Assembly: GCA_034780895.1 (NCBI GenBank)
Contig: JAUZTB010000064.1
Location: forward strand, 114,743,110-114,807,109
Direction of reading: 5' to 3'
Source: Rhynchobatus australiae
Lineage: Eukaryota
DNA length: 64,000 nucleotides
Part shown: positions 52,537-64,000 of the stretch, piece after piece
Position numbering within the stretch: the first letter of the stretch is position 1
How the letters are laid out: every line of letters begins with the position of its first letter
Made by a program: the position numbers and the translations under genes
Notes under the pieces: generated by a model
The model's database searches: none
Seen by the model: only the letters and a program-made list of their open reading frames with translations
What the model was told of the DNA's origin: nothing

Positions 52537-55500
52537 ATGCAGTATCCCAACTGTGGCCGCAGTATCTATAAAATGCATGGCATTTACTTGTCAAGGCGAC
52601 TTCAACGCCACCTCCTGTAGCTGCAAACTCTCTGCCGAACAACATTGCCTGAGAACCTTCAGTGGCAGTTCAGGGGGCAGCTCACCAACACCTTAAGATA
52701 AATTAGCAATAGACAATAAGTGCTGCTCTTGCCAAGGATACCCACATATTAATATTGAAAAAAGCTTCATCACTGTCTTTTAGGTTCTGCTCCTTAATCT
52801 TTTTTCCTGCTTCCTTGTAATCTGTTCACAGTACCTCATTCCTCTCTTTGCCAGTGTCAATGGTACTGATGTGGACCGTGCTTTCTTACTGTTCATCTTC
52901 TCCCTCAAAGTTCTGTAGTTGCTCAATAATAGCTTTGACCCTGACACCAGGGAGGCAGCATACCATTCTGGAATTATGTCAGTGGCTGCTGGAATACTTG
53001 TCTGTTCCAAACTTGATAACTTACTTATAACTTCTAAATCTTGCAGTAAGTTCAGACTTAAATTTCTGCCTCCTCCAAAGCAGCTTCCTGTCTGCTGTTT
53101 TTTTATTTTTCCTTCCTTTTGAGTCACTTCCCCTTTGAGAAAATACTTGCCTTTAGATTTATACCCTTTATATTCCCAGGCATCTTTGTTTATCCACAGT
53201 TGAGAAACCTGATTGTACACTCCTTCCTCGGTTCCTCCCTCTGCAAAGACACAAATGTTTACCTTCAACTCACAATAATCCACATTGAAATGATGTGATA
53301 TCAGCTGCGATCTGTTTCAAAATAACTGGAAAATAAAGAAAACTTACTGAAACAAAGGATGGGGGAGTTATCTTTGGTACTTTACCAGCTGAATGTTATA
53401 ATGCGATTTAAAGTGCCATATGGCTTATGTCTTGAAAATGTAAAAGCATTTTGCTTGACTTCTTTAGATTTGAAAAGCACATTGATGAATTTGTGTGTGT
53501 GTTTTAGGGCTGCATTACGATGGGAAACAAAGTGCAGATTAGAGGAGGATGAAGGCAGTGGTTGTTAGGAAGGAAGGGGAATGATCTAATACAATATAAA
53601 GAATAGAATGTAACATTAAAATGATTTTTAATATGAAGAATAGGTTGGCATCATATTTTAAATCCTGCCTTTTTACTGTTAATGCCTTGGCTTCAATCCA
53701 CTACAAATACAATTAGTAAAGTTCTGGCAATTACTAATGTTCTCTCCCTAGTCCAAGAAGTGGGGATCATCTACCAGCAAAGAGCAACAGATTCTGGTTG
53801 AACAGTGGTTTTGAATAACACTTATGCTTAACTTTCCAGAACATTTTCTGCAATGGTACATATGGAGTTGTTACAATTAAAACCTGAAAATGAAATGAAA
53901 TTCTAATATCTGTGAAGATCCTAATGTCACAACAGGCAGTTATTTACCTTTGTGATTTATAAGTTATAATACTGTCATAAATTAGATTTCATTTCAACTA
54001 AAAACTGCAAAGATGAAAAGACATGCTTTATTATTTTTCTGTTTGTTGGATAAAATGCCACACACATACTGATTAGCCAAATTGTCAGAATGGCCATGAC
54101 AGATTTTGGTCTGATTCATGATATCTCTGATCCTCAGTTCTTACAATGACAGTCAAATTTCATTCCCTTATGTCCAAAATAACTTCTTAAAAAAATTTAC
54201 TACCCTGTGTTTGAAACGAAAGGTGATGGCAGACAGATTGTTTAGGTAAGGCCTCGGTGGAAATATCTCTTTGTAATTTTTATGGTTTAGATTTCCCTCT
54301 TGGTGATCATGCATTTTTTTTTACCCTTTCCATGCTCCTAGCTGTGATCATGAAAAATGGCCACCACTCTATGAGAAATCACCTGGCATACATTAGATGC
54401 TAATTTATAGTGGTTACTGTCAAAACTGCTAAAATGCTACTTGTCTGGTCAGCACCAAATCACAGGCAATGCTAATCATTCACATCTTTAGTAATGGCCA
54501 CAGCAGCTATCACACTGTATCTGAAAGTAAAGGGTTACCAATGTGAGACAGAGTTACGTCAGTATTTCCCATCATTCATTCCTCATAAGGGTACACTCAA
54601 AATGTAGTTACTTTTTCTAGTGGGATTAAAAATGAAAAATGAGTCAAATATTAACTCTTCTTTTATGACAGACAGATGTGTGTGTCTCCTTAAAGGGTAA
54701 TATTTTGTATTTTTCAAGTTATAAATTTTAAAAAGAGCAATGAAACTACAATGTGATGGATATGAATATGTATTAATCATGAATTTTGGAAGCAATCTCC
54801 TTTTGTCCCATGAAGAAAGCTTTCCTGCTGAAAATGTATCATCCACTAAATAAAAGTTTTGGAAAAGTAACATTGAGGTATCCTCACCGAGGAAGGACTT
54901 CGATGGCTAAGCATTTACACATATTTAGTTCAGTTATTTTGGAAGCAGTATTTTAAGATTTGCTCTGCAGAGACCGGAAGGAGATCCCTTTGGTATATTA
55001 AAAGTCAAACAGACTAATTGATGATGACTGTTAAAGATATCCCCATGGAGTGTGTCAGCTGTCTTGAATCGGTATCAAATTGGTCTCTTTACAGACCAAT
55101 TATGAATTTTCTTTGTTTTTATAAATTTGTTTCAACTTAAACTTTTTTGTGCTCTCCTTTAAAGAAAAACTTGGATTGCCAATAAAAGATTTTCAGAAAA
55201 GGAGAAATTTCTACTCAAAAATGACTGTTAAGACATATTTTCTGCACAGAATTTGCAAGCTGATGTGGATACTACTCGGGTCAACCTTGTAAAACAAATT
55301 AATGACACCATATGTAACTGAAGCAGCTGTTATAACCAAAGCCAGAAATCTTGCTGGTTAATAGTAATGTTCCTCTGTTGAATTTCAGCTCTGGGTGCTC
55401 ATTATTGCTGATTCCTTTTTTATTTTGCTAACAGCAAGCAATTGACATGATTAATGAAAAATTTAGTGTGTAGTCTTCCAAGTAAGATGATTCCCTTGGT

Positions 55501-55677
55501 CCTTGAGTAATTAATAATGTTTGTATATTCATTGCCTGTGACTGTAGGGTTCTTTGAAATGTCAGCTGGAAACATCTCACCTTAGCCAAATAGATAATTC
55601 AAAATCTCCTTGTGTTTTAGTAAAGGTGCGGTGCCTTAATAATTATCTCAGCAAATTGTAAGAGTGGACATGAAGGT

Positions 55678-56020
55678 AATAGAGTCATACAGCATAGAAA
55701 CAGGTCTTTCGGCCCATCGAGTCCACACTCACCATCAAATACCCATTTACATTAATCCCACACTAATCCCATTTTATTCTTCTCATATTCCCATCAAAAC
55801 CACCCAGACTTCACCACTCATCTACACAATAGAGGTAATATACAGCAGCCAATTAACCTAGCAACTTGCTTATCTCTGAGATGTGGAAAGAAACCAGAGC
55901 ACCTGGAAGAAACCCACAGAGTCACAGGGAGAATGTGCAAGCTCCTCACCAAGGTCAGGATTGATCCATGTTGTTGGACCTGTGAGATGGCAGTTCTGCC
56001 AGTTATGCTACAGAGTCGCT
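55678..56020 (-). mobile_element. HE1-type V-SINE
   Basis: Collinear with 23577-23934 (acagcatagaaacaggtctttcggccc...gaaaccagagcacctggaagaaacccac...gagaatgtgcaagctcc...caggattgatcc). Confidence 0.85.
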
Positions 56021-57199
56021 CAAGATATTGAGAGTTTTGGGATGGATGATAAAACCTGAGTGAATGTTGCCAGTGCACTAAGTTAACATTTCTGTTTCCT
56101 TGGATATTTAAAAAGGCATCCTCAATGGAATGTGCACATTTGTGGGGCAAATCATACAGGATGACATTATGGATAAGAGCAGAGAGAGCAGATATTGGAA
56201 TTATGCAGACAACACAATAATACCTTTTAGTGTGGAGTGCTGATTATGCACCAACATTTCTGCTTTGGAGCTCATTGCCTTAGTTAACATTCTCTTTACA
56301 TAGCTTTATCTCTGTTTGGCAGCTGGAAAGAGCCCTATTTAAAAGGGTTAATTAGAACTGTTGAGTAATATCTATTGTTGTTCCAAGTTGCAAAAGTATC
56401 CAATGTGTGGTGCGCAAATGCTGGAAGAATTTCTGCTAATTTTAATGTTTTTCCACAATCGATTTGTACTGAAGTATGACTGTATTAGTAGCCATTGCAA
56501 AGCAGTGTGATTGGGTGAATAATCAGAGGGGATGCAGATTAGGACAAACTGCTGAAAGAGAAAGAAGGAGATCCTCGCTGAAATCTGACATCCACTGCAG
56601 GCACAACTGCAACTCGGAGCAAAGCAAGGACCATATTACCAGTGGCTATCAAGACAACTGTTTCAATCAACTTTTGCTAAGTTCTTGGCAATTTTCAAAC
56701 CAAGTGCTTAGATGTTTGCGATAACTCTCACTTTGCTGTAGTTTAAGTGCACTCTGAGACTGTCAGTACAAAGAATGTTAAGGAAAAGTCATTCTCTATT
56801 GTTGGATATTATCAGGCAGAGAGAGCATATGGCTTTGCTGGATTGCAAGGCATCATTGGAACCACAATATAACTTTGACCCATATCAGAACAAAAAAGGG
56901 GCTCCACTGAATTAGTGTCTACCTGTTGTGCAAGGAAATCATGCAGGGCACTGCCCTGTATCCTGAAGGAAGCCTGCTAAACCAACTGCAATAGAACCAC
57001 TTTGGCAAGCCAAAAAGACAGCTATTGGACAATAAGGTGTAGTTACTGAAGAAAGAACAGTTGTCTCTGGTACTGAATCCATGTATATGCCCACAGCGTA
57101 CATTAGAAGAATGCCATTATACTTTACAAAATCTGATAGAGCAGGAGTTTCAATGTCTTNNNNNNNNNNNNNNNNNNNNNNNNNNNNNNNNNCCAACTT

Positions 57200-57420
57200 C
57201 CATGCTAGTGCACACTATCATGTGATCTGGTTTCCTCTCACATCCCAAAGACGTGGCTAGACAGGTTAGGTGGCCACTGTTAATTGCCCCCCGTGCATAA
57301 CAGAGTGGTAGAGTCCGGGGCAGTTTATGGGACTATGGGGAGAGTAAAAATGGGACTATTGTAAATGTGTACTTGAAAATTGGTGTGAAACAGGAAAAGC
57401 TGTGCTATATGACTCTATGG
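57200..57420 (+). mobile_element. HE1-type SINE, partial
   Basis: ctggtttcctctcacatcccaaagacgtg...ggccactgttaattgcccc. Confidence 0.7.
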
Positions 57421-57554
57421 CTGTTGAAGAGTTCGGGGATGCTGTCATGGTAGGGGAACAAAGCAAACTGCACACGTATTAGCTGAACGTACTGCCTCTG
57501 AAGATTCAACAAAACTCCGTAGCATGGTCCTTTTTCAGATTTGTTCAGAAAATA

Positions 57555-57962
57555 TAGGAATCAGTGACAAGGCCAGAATTTATTGCCCATCCCTGACTGC
57601 TTCGAGAAGGTGGCAGTGGAAAACCTTCTTGGCAATTGAATGACTAGCCAGGCAATTTCAAAAAGCATTTATGAGTCAACTACATTTCTGTGGTTCTGGT
57701 ACTACATTTAGGCTGGGCAGGGTAAGATGACATATTTCCTTTCCTAAGGGACGTGGTTAACCAGAAAGAGTTTTAAGGACAACGTGGTAGCTTTATATTA
57801 ACTATTACTGATACTTGTTTGTTTTTAATTCCATATCTATTGATTTAAACAAATTCAAATTCTCAATTTGAAGTTGAATATGGGATTTGAACTTGTATGT
57901 CCAGATCTTTAGTTTAGGCATCTGGATTACAAATCCAGCAAATTAATCACTGTGTTGCTGCA
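57555..57962 (-). mobile_element. tRNA-derived SINE with a CR1-group LINE tail
   Basis: Minus strand starts with a tRNA-like head (cagtgattaatttgctggatttgtaatccaga...agttcaaatccca, B box) and ends in gggatgggcaataaattctggccttg, the tail also seen on the LINE at 62.9 kb and at ~52.7 kb. Confidence 0.7.
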
Positions 57963-59948
57963 CTTTATCCCTGATATGTATTTGCTTGACAACAATGCAA
58001 AAAAAATTCCAACAAAAAATAAATATTCCAAGTCAAATTTGTGAATAATATCATGTCGAAGTCAACCAATCACATTATTGCANNNNNNTGTGTCTTTGCC
58101 TAACTCATGCTTGAATGTAGTGCAACCCCAGCAATTTTTCAGTTTCAATGATGGACATGATCTCGAGCAGCTTTGGCCCTTGAAAGCCTGTGGATCAGCT
58201 TCACTTTCCCTGCATCTGAGTGAAAAGTCCACTGACTGGCTGATAGAAAACAGCATGGGCACTGGCAGAAGGGTAGCAAGAATGAAAGTCAGTTCATATT
58301 TGGTGAAGCCACCATTGCTCCTGTTGGGTAATGTCACAATCATCCTTGTATTTGAGAACAGGTTGCTGGATAGTTGTGGCAGTCAAAACCTCTTGCAACC
58401 TTGAAGGCTGCAATCTCACCTTCACGGCAGGAGTCTTGCTCTGTGGCACTCTGAAATTATGTGGTGCTGCGTGAGCTGCAATTGAAGTTGGAAAGTTGGT
58501 CTTCAGACATTGTCTTATTGTTGAGTCCAAAAGTATACCTGGCCATCACAACTATGTTGGCCCCCTGAGGATAGAGCTCATTAGTCCTAATTCACATCTC
58601 TTCCATTGAGGTCTCCAATGCAACATGTGAAAAATTTGGAGCCTAATCTCAGCCATCTTGTTTACCAAGTTAGAATAATATGTAGAGTGATTGCCTTTAC
58701 CGTACCAGTAAGAATGCGGAACCTTTCAGGCCATCTTTAAATACAGCAGACCTTATTTGTTGAACTGGAGCTAACCACACACAATAGTAGTCTCCTGTTG
58801 AAGTGTTCTGCCATTCTGTATCTGGGTTAGTACTGGATGAATGCCTAAATAATCAAAATAATCAGACAGCATTTAGTTGGCTTGCTGCCTGTATTCCCCA
58901 CAAATGGTGCAGGTTAATTGTGCATCAAGATCTTTGTACCCATTTTTGAGGTTTATTGAATTTGGCCTCCAGTGAATCCTGGTGGTTCGAAGTAGAGTTT
59001 GAGTCCAACTCTGAGGCCTATACTTTTGGGAGAAAGTAGCATTTGCAGGAGTGTTGAACAGCATAACAACAGGTTTAGTGCTTCTTGGTGGTGTGCCACC
59101 ATTGTGGTATTAGTGACTAATAACAGAGCAGGCAGAAGAAAACACAGTAAACCAATCTATCAAGCTTATTTCTTTCAGTTCATTTTTATAGTACAAAGAA
59201 CCTCCAGGAGATGAGCTGGGTTTGCACACCATATGCATATTATTTAAGTGGTCAACTTCATTTTTTATTGCTTCATGCTTTTACAGGAATAAGGGTTTAA
59301 GTAAATTCAGGCTGTTTGTACTATTATAAATTACAGCAGTTTTGAACAACCTCTAGCAGTGAAACAAATAGTAATTTATGCATTGGTTGTGACTGCTTTG
59401 TGTGTTTATTGAGGGAAGTGTGAATAGTCTTTTGTGGTCATCATCATCTACTAAAGAAAATACAGTTATCTGTTTTTTTGACTGCAGGACTGTGACCCTG
59501 TAAGTGCTCTCTTGAGAAATGGGGCCTCCTGGCCTAGAATAGTATCAGAATGCATGTTATATTGTTCCTGTTTTGTAAAAAAAAAGTACTTGCATAATGA
59601 TACCAAAATGATTTGGAAAAAAAGCACTGCAATAGCTGGCTAACTGCCAAGAAATTCTAAGCACTCTTAAATCATATTACTTTTTAATCAGCATTTTTTG
59701 TGGGCCGTTGCAGCCTTAATTTGTTCAACGTGTGGTTAATGACTATGGTTATAANNNNNNNNNNNNNNNNNNNNNNNNNNNNNNNNNNNNNNNNNNNNNN
59801 NNNNNNNNNNNNNNNNNNNNNNNNNNNNNNNNNNNNNNNNNNNNNNNNNNNNNNNNNNNNNNNNNNNNNNNNNNNNNNNNNNNNNNNNNNNNNNNNNNNN
59901 NNNNNNNNNNNNNNNNNNNNNNNNNNNNNNNNNNNNNNNNNNNNNNNN

Positions 59949-60290
59949 CATAGATCGAGTGGACAGTCAGAGACTCTTTCCCAGAGTGACAATGGCTAAC
60001 ATGAGGGGGCATAATTTTAAGGTGGTTGGAGGAAGATATAAGGGGGATGTGAGTGGTAAGTTTTTTTTACACAGACAGTGGTGGGTGTGTGGAATGCACA
60101 GCCGGGAGAGGTTGTGGGGGCAGATACATTAGGGATATTAAAGAGACTCTGAGATTGCCACATGAATGATAGAGAAATGGAGGGCTATTTGAGAGGGAAG
60201 GGTTAGCTAGATCTTAGAGCAGGTTAAAATGTCGGCACAACATTGTGAGCTGAAGGGCATGTACTGTGTTGTAATGTTCTATGTTCTATG
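59949..60290 (+). mobile_element. CR1 LINE 3' end
   Basis: gggggcataattttaaggtg...acagacagtggtgggtgtgtggaatgc...gaagggcatgtactgtgttgtaatgttctatgttctatg with a tandem terminal repeat. Confidence 0.85.
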
Positions 60291-62129
60291 CTAAGAAATA
60301 CCAATTTAGATTCAGCCCCTCTTCAATCACAGGCTTACACGCATTCACTGCTCTCGTCTCATGTCTTCACAAACATTACTTTGGGACTAGTATCTTCCTT
60401 CTTGTTATGATGCAGGACCAGCAGATATTGCCAGCCTCACTGCTCCATATTCTTCTGAATTATGACAATTTTTATTGACTCTAAGCAAAGATTTAAGACT
60501 TTATTCTGCTTATCAGTTGCTAATGGAGCTAAGAAGCAAATAGCGGAGAGAAATGTATAATAAAGTATAATTTTAATTTATGTTTGTATAACTTAAAATA
60601 TTATATTTTATTCAATAACAATGTTGGTACAAACCAATAATAAGAAAGTGTACTGGTGTCCTCTTCACAAAATAATTTCCTTAAGTATTTCAGTGTTCAG
60701 AATTCAGTAAGTGATATTCTTTAGGTACTCTAACAGGAACACAGATGTGGGCTGGATGGCAGTCCATTGCTCAATTCATGCTCAGAGGCCTCACTCGCCC
60801 CCATTTCCTTCCTCCAGCTCTGTGAGTTGACCTTCTGTATCTGAGGGGTGTCAAATGAGGTAGGGTGGCCTTTGAGCAGCAAGGAGGCTTCAGGTGTTGT
60901 ATCCTAAGGCCCTGCCTCCAGCGCATCCTGCAAGCTCTGACAGTTCACTGGCTGTTAAATGTTTTTTAACTATTTTTTTAAAAGTTCCTGAGAGTCATGG
61001 ACATTTAAACATATTCAACAAATGAAAAAAAGTAGAAATAAATTGAATTGAAAGCACATTAAAGTACAAATAAATAAGTAAAAACATTAAAGTAAAATCA
61101 GTAAAAGCCATTTTACACAGGACTGCCTTTGGACTGAATGGATTTGCTGTTCACTTGCCAGGTTTACAGACATAAAACTGAGGGCTGGTTGCAAAGCAAA
61201 TCTGGACCCTCTCCAGTAAATTACCAACCACTGCAGGGCACAGTGTGCAAAGTGGACTTTCAGATGCACTGGCAGAACAACTCAGATTGCCACCTTTTTG
61301 CCTGACATGTATGGAAATTGGAGACGTGCTGAGGTGCAAGTGGCCAATAGTTGGTGCTTTCCTTTGAAACTGCCAGATATCATTTAGCAAAATTCAGGCC
61401 AACAAACTGAGAAAGGCTATTCATCCTGTCTTAATTTAAGATGTAGAAAAACACTACAGTTTCCTGATCACAATGTTTTATCAATATTTTATGTTGATTA
61501 ATTATATCAGTTCTTGATGAATAAATCCATATAAATAATAATGCATTTTACTGCTTTGACCAAGCTTCTACTCCTGCAATCAAATTGCATTTATCCCAGA
61601 ATAACTTGTCTTAATCAGATTATTTCAACTCACTCTCATAATTATCTAAATATCACCTATGTAGTTTCTTCTTTCTAACCTAAAAAAAATGTCAAAACTG
61701 TGACATTTAGTTGCACTGCATCCTTATTTTGGATCTACGAGACAATTTGCTTCACATTTTCTGTGTAATGTGTGAGGCACATTGGCAGTGTCAGACATAC
61801 TGTTTACCATATCAATGAGTGCAGTACTGTGTGCAACACTCATGGATGCTGGAAATATGGAGAACAGACAGATGCTGACAATCCTCATGCGCTACTGATT
61901 TCACAACCACGACAAATTAATTATATGTCGTGAGCACGACAGATTAATACTACGTTTTTAATTTGTACCAGTGTTTACCAGCAGGTGAGACCTCTGACCT
62001 GCCCATCAGATACATGCAGGTGATTGACTGAAGGAAGTGCTGGCTCTAGTGAAATATTGCTTCATGTTTTCAGAACTTTTAATGGTTACTGAAGCCTGCA
62101 GGAAGCAAGAATTGTGTATTGTTTTCCAG

Positions 62130-62680
62130 GGATAATCTCAACACTTTTGTACCCAGTAAAGAGACTTTGGTGTCCAGTCCTTGGTCTTCAGCATAACAGG
62201 GAGAAGAAGATGGCTGCAGAGGAGAGAAAGCTAGTTAGAAGAGTGGGTAGAAGAGCACAAGTGACAACAGTGTCGTCACAGGAAGAGCTATTTACAATGG
62301 GATTTTCAGTAGTAGTTTTCTATGATATTTCAGTGAGGAGCAGTGCTTGAAGCAACACAGTTTCTCCAAGTGGGTCTGATGGAACCATACTATATACTTA
62401 ACCACAACTGCAGTCAGAGAAGAGGACTAGGATTGTAATGCCAGTGGTCTAAAATCTACGCACTAGAGGATGTTTTGCCTATACAATGTACTGTGGCAAG
62501 CGCTGCAGCCACACTTACAGCTAGACAACAGGTTAAGCATTTACCAGCCATTTTGGATCAGGAGAGCAGGGGAGGGGGAGGTGGAGGAGGAGGGTAAGGT
62601 GGTGTATGAAGAAGAGGGAAGGAGGAAGAAACACTATGAACCACTTTCTGGAGATGTACTGATCCATTGACTGTTTCAGT
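62130..62680 (+). mobile_element. Internally deleted, decayed PIF/Harbinger-like transposase
   Basis: FSEEQCLKQHSFSK...PQLQSEKRTRIVMPV resembles the HARBI1-type N-terminus. It is followed directly by CLYNV and an acidic EGEVEEE tract (the C-terminal CxLHN region); the DDE core is absent. Confidence 0.5.
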
Positions 62681-62919
62681 AAATTCAATTTTAATTCTTC
62701 ATTCCACTGGATTTGTCATTTACCTTCCCACTGTTTGTGACCATCACAGTGTTCACTTGACCACAATCAGAGAATAGAGGCCAACACCAAATTATTAATC
62801 CAAACTGTAATTACACACTCAACCATGACAAAATCCACACAAACATTAACTACACACCCATGTGCATTTCTTTCGTGCCTGTGATCTGTATGCCTTTTCA
62901 AATTTACATCTGTGATTTG

Positions 62920-63965
62920 AGTATTTTAGCAAAGCCATCAATTATGGCCTATCCCAAATTGCCCCTAAGAAGGCAGTGGTGAGAACCTACTTGCTCTGCT
63001 AATAGATATATGGTCGATATGGTGAAAGTACTCTGAACCACTGCTGAGTGCAGAGTTTCAGTATTGAGATCCAATGATTGTGAAGGAATGGCAATATACT
63101 GGATACTGCTGATGGTGTATAATGTGGAAGGGCAGCTTCGGGTGTGGTTTTCCAGTCACCCTCCAACTCCTGCTGTTTCTGGTAGTGATGGTCATGAATC
63201 TGAAAGGTTTGATTAAAGAAGCCTTGACGAGTTGTTGCAATGCATTTTGCAGATATTACACACTGCAACCATGGTGCACTTGTAGTAAAGGCAATGAATA
63301 CTTTATGTGGTAGATTGGATCCCAGTTAAGTACACTGCTTTGTATTGGATGGTCTTGAGCTTTGAGTGTGGTTGAAGCTTCACTCATCTAGGCAATCGTT
63401 CAGACAGGGATTTGAGGAAGTTTTGCAGTAATTTCCTGGGACTGAGATGATTGATCTCCAAAAATCACAACTATCTATGCTTGTGTTCACTGTGATTCCA
63501 CTCACTGGAGATTTTTCCTCTTAATTGTTGTTGTTACCAGCTTTACTAAGATTCTTTCATGCCACACTCAGCCTATTGTTGCTTTGATGCAAAGGACAGA
63601 GTCACCTTCACCTAGCTCTGGAATTCTGCTGTTTTGTCCATGCTTAGACAAGGTAGTAATGAAGTCTGCAGCCCTAACTGAGCATCAAAGTGCAGGTAAA
63701 TAGTGAGTAAGTGCCACTTTATAGCACTTTCCATATGCTGATAATTGAAAGAAGACTGATAGAACAGTAGTTAGCTAGATTAAAATTGTCATGCTTTTTG
63801 TGGATACAACATATCAAGGCAAATTGCCCCATTGTCAGATAGCAGTACTGGCTAAGTTGCAACTAATTTTGAGGCACAAGTTATCAGCACAGAAGCCAGG
63901 ATGTTGTCCTGTTCCAAGGCTCTTGGTATATTCAGTGATCTTGCCTGTTTCCCCATCACAATGAG
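62920..63965 (-). mobile_element. CR1-group LINE ORF2 RT and 3' tail (family distinct from HER1)
   Basis: Minus strand shows decayed RT motifs (ALEQDNILASVLITCASKL, remnants of NYRPISLLS, VWHERILVKL) and the 3' tail cttaggggcaatttgggataggccataattgatggctttgc. Confidence 0.75.
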
Positions 63966-64000
63966 TCAATCCAATTGACATTTACATTTACACTGCCAAC

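Larger units (their letters stand above)
33319..64000 (+). other. Large FAT4 intron extending beyond the window
   Basis: GTAAGT donor at 33319. No cadherin-like peptide appears in the downstream ORF track (the next exon should begin ~VEITLQDINDN); a short exon missed by the track or hidden in a gap cannot be excluded. Confidence 0.8.

Noticed and set aside
57880-57962. tRNA gene (A/B-box-like sequence; also at SINE heads 14.85, 23.9 and 56.0 kb)
   Set aside because: These are decayed tRNA-derived SINE heads attached to SINE bodies, with no intact cloverleaf.
1-64000. CRISPR arrays, rRNA genes or prokaryotic operons
   Set aside because: No regularly spaced repeat-spacer array or rRNA-like sequence was seen; the window is intron-rich vertebrate DNA.

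Overview
Vertebrate genomic DNA, most likely a shark or ray (inferred from HE1-type V-SINEs, a SacSINE1-like DeuSINE, HER1/CR1 LINEs and Penelope-like elements), from a gapped draft assembly. The only host gene is the 5' part of the giant atypical cadherin FAT4 on the + strand. It has a CpG-rich promoter (~19.3-20.4 kb), a very GC-rich first coding exon (20726-22936), a 7.4-kb phase-0 intron, an AT-rich second coding exon (30314-33318, falsely broken by a 100-N gap) and then more than 30 kb of intron. The two exons encode about 1700 aa (signal peptide and cadherin repeats EC1 to ~EC16). From my recollection of human FAT4, this stretch is one uninterrupted ~5.2-kb exon there. The extra intron, which has TGCAGGT at both junctions and sits exactly at the GC-to-AT switch, is therefore the main finding. 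The rest is decayed transposons (CR1, RTE, Rex1, Tx1/L1, Penelope-like, PIF/Harbinger, SINEs). Notable among them are recurrent minimal hammerhead-ribozyme motifs at Penelope-like termini and a ~245-bp intronic fold-back duplication. Repeat boundaries are approximate, and all family assignments are from memory, not database searches.
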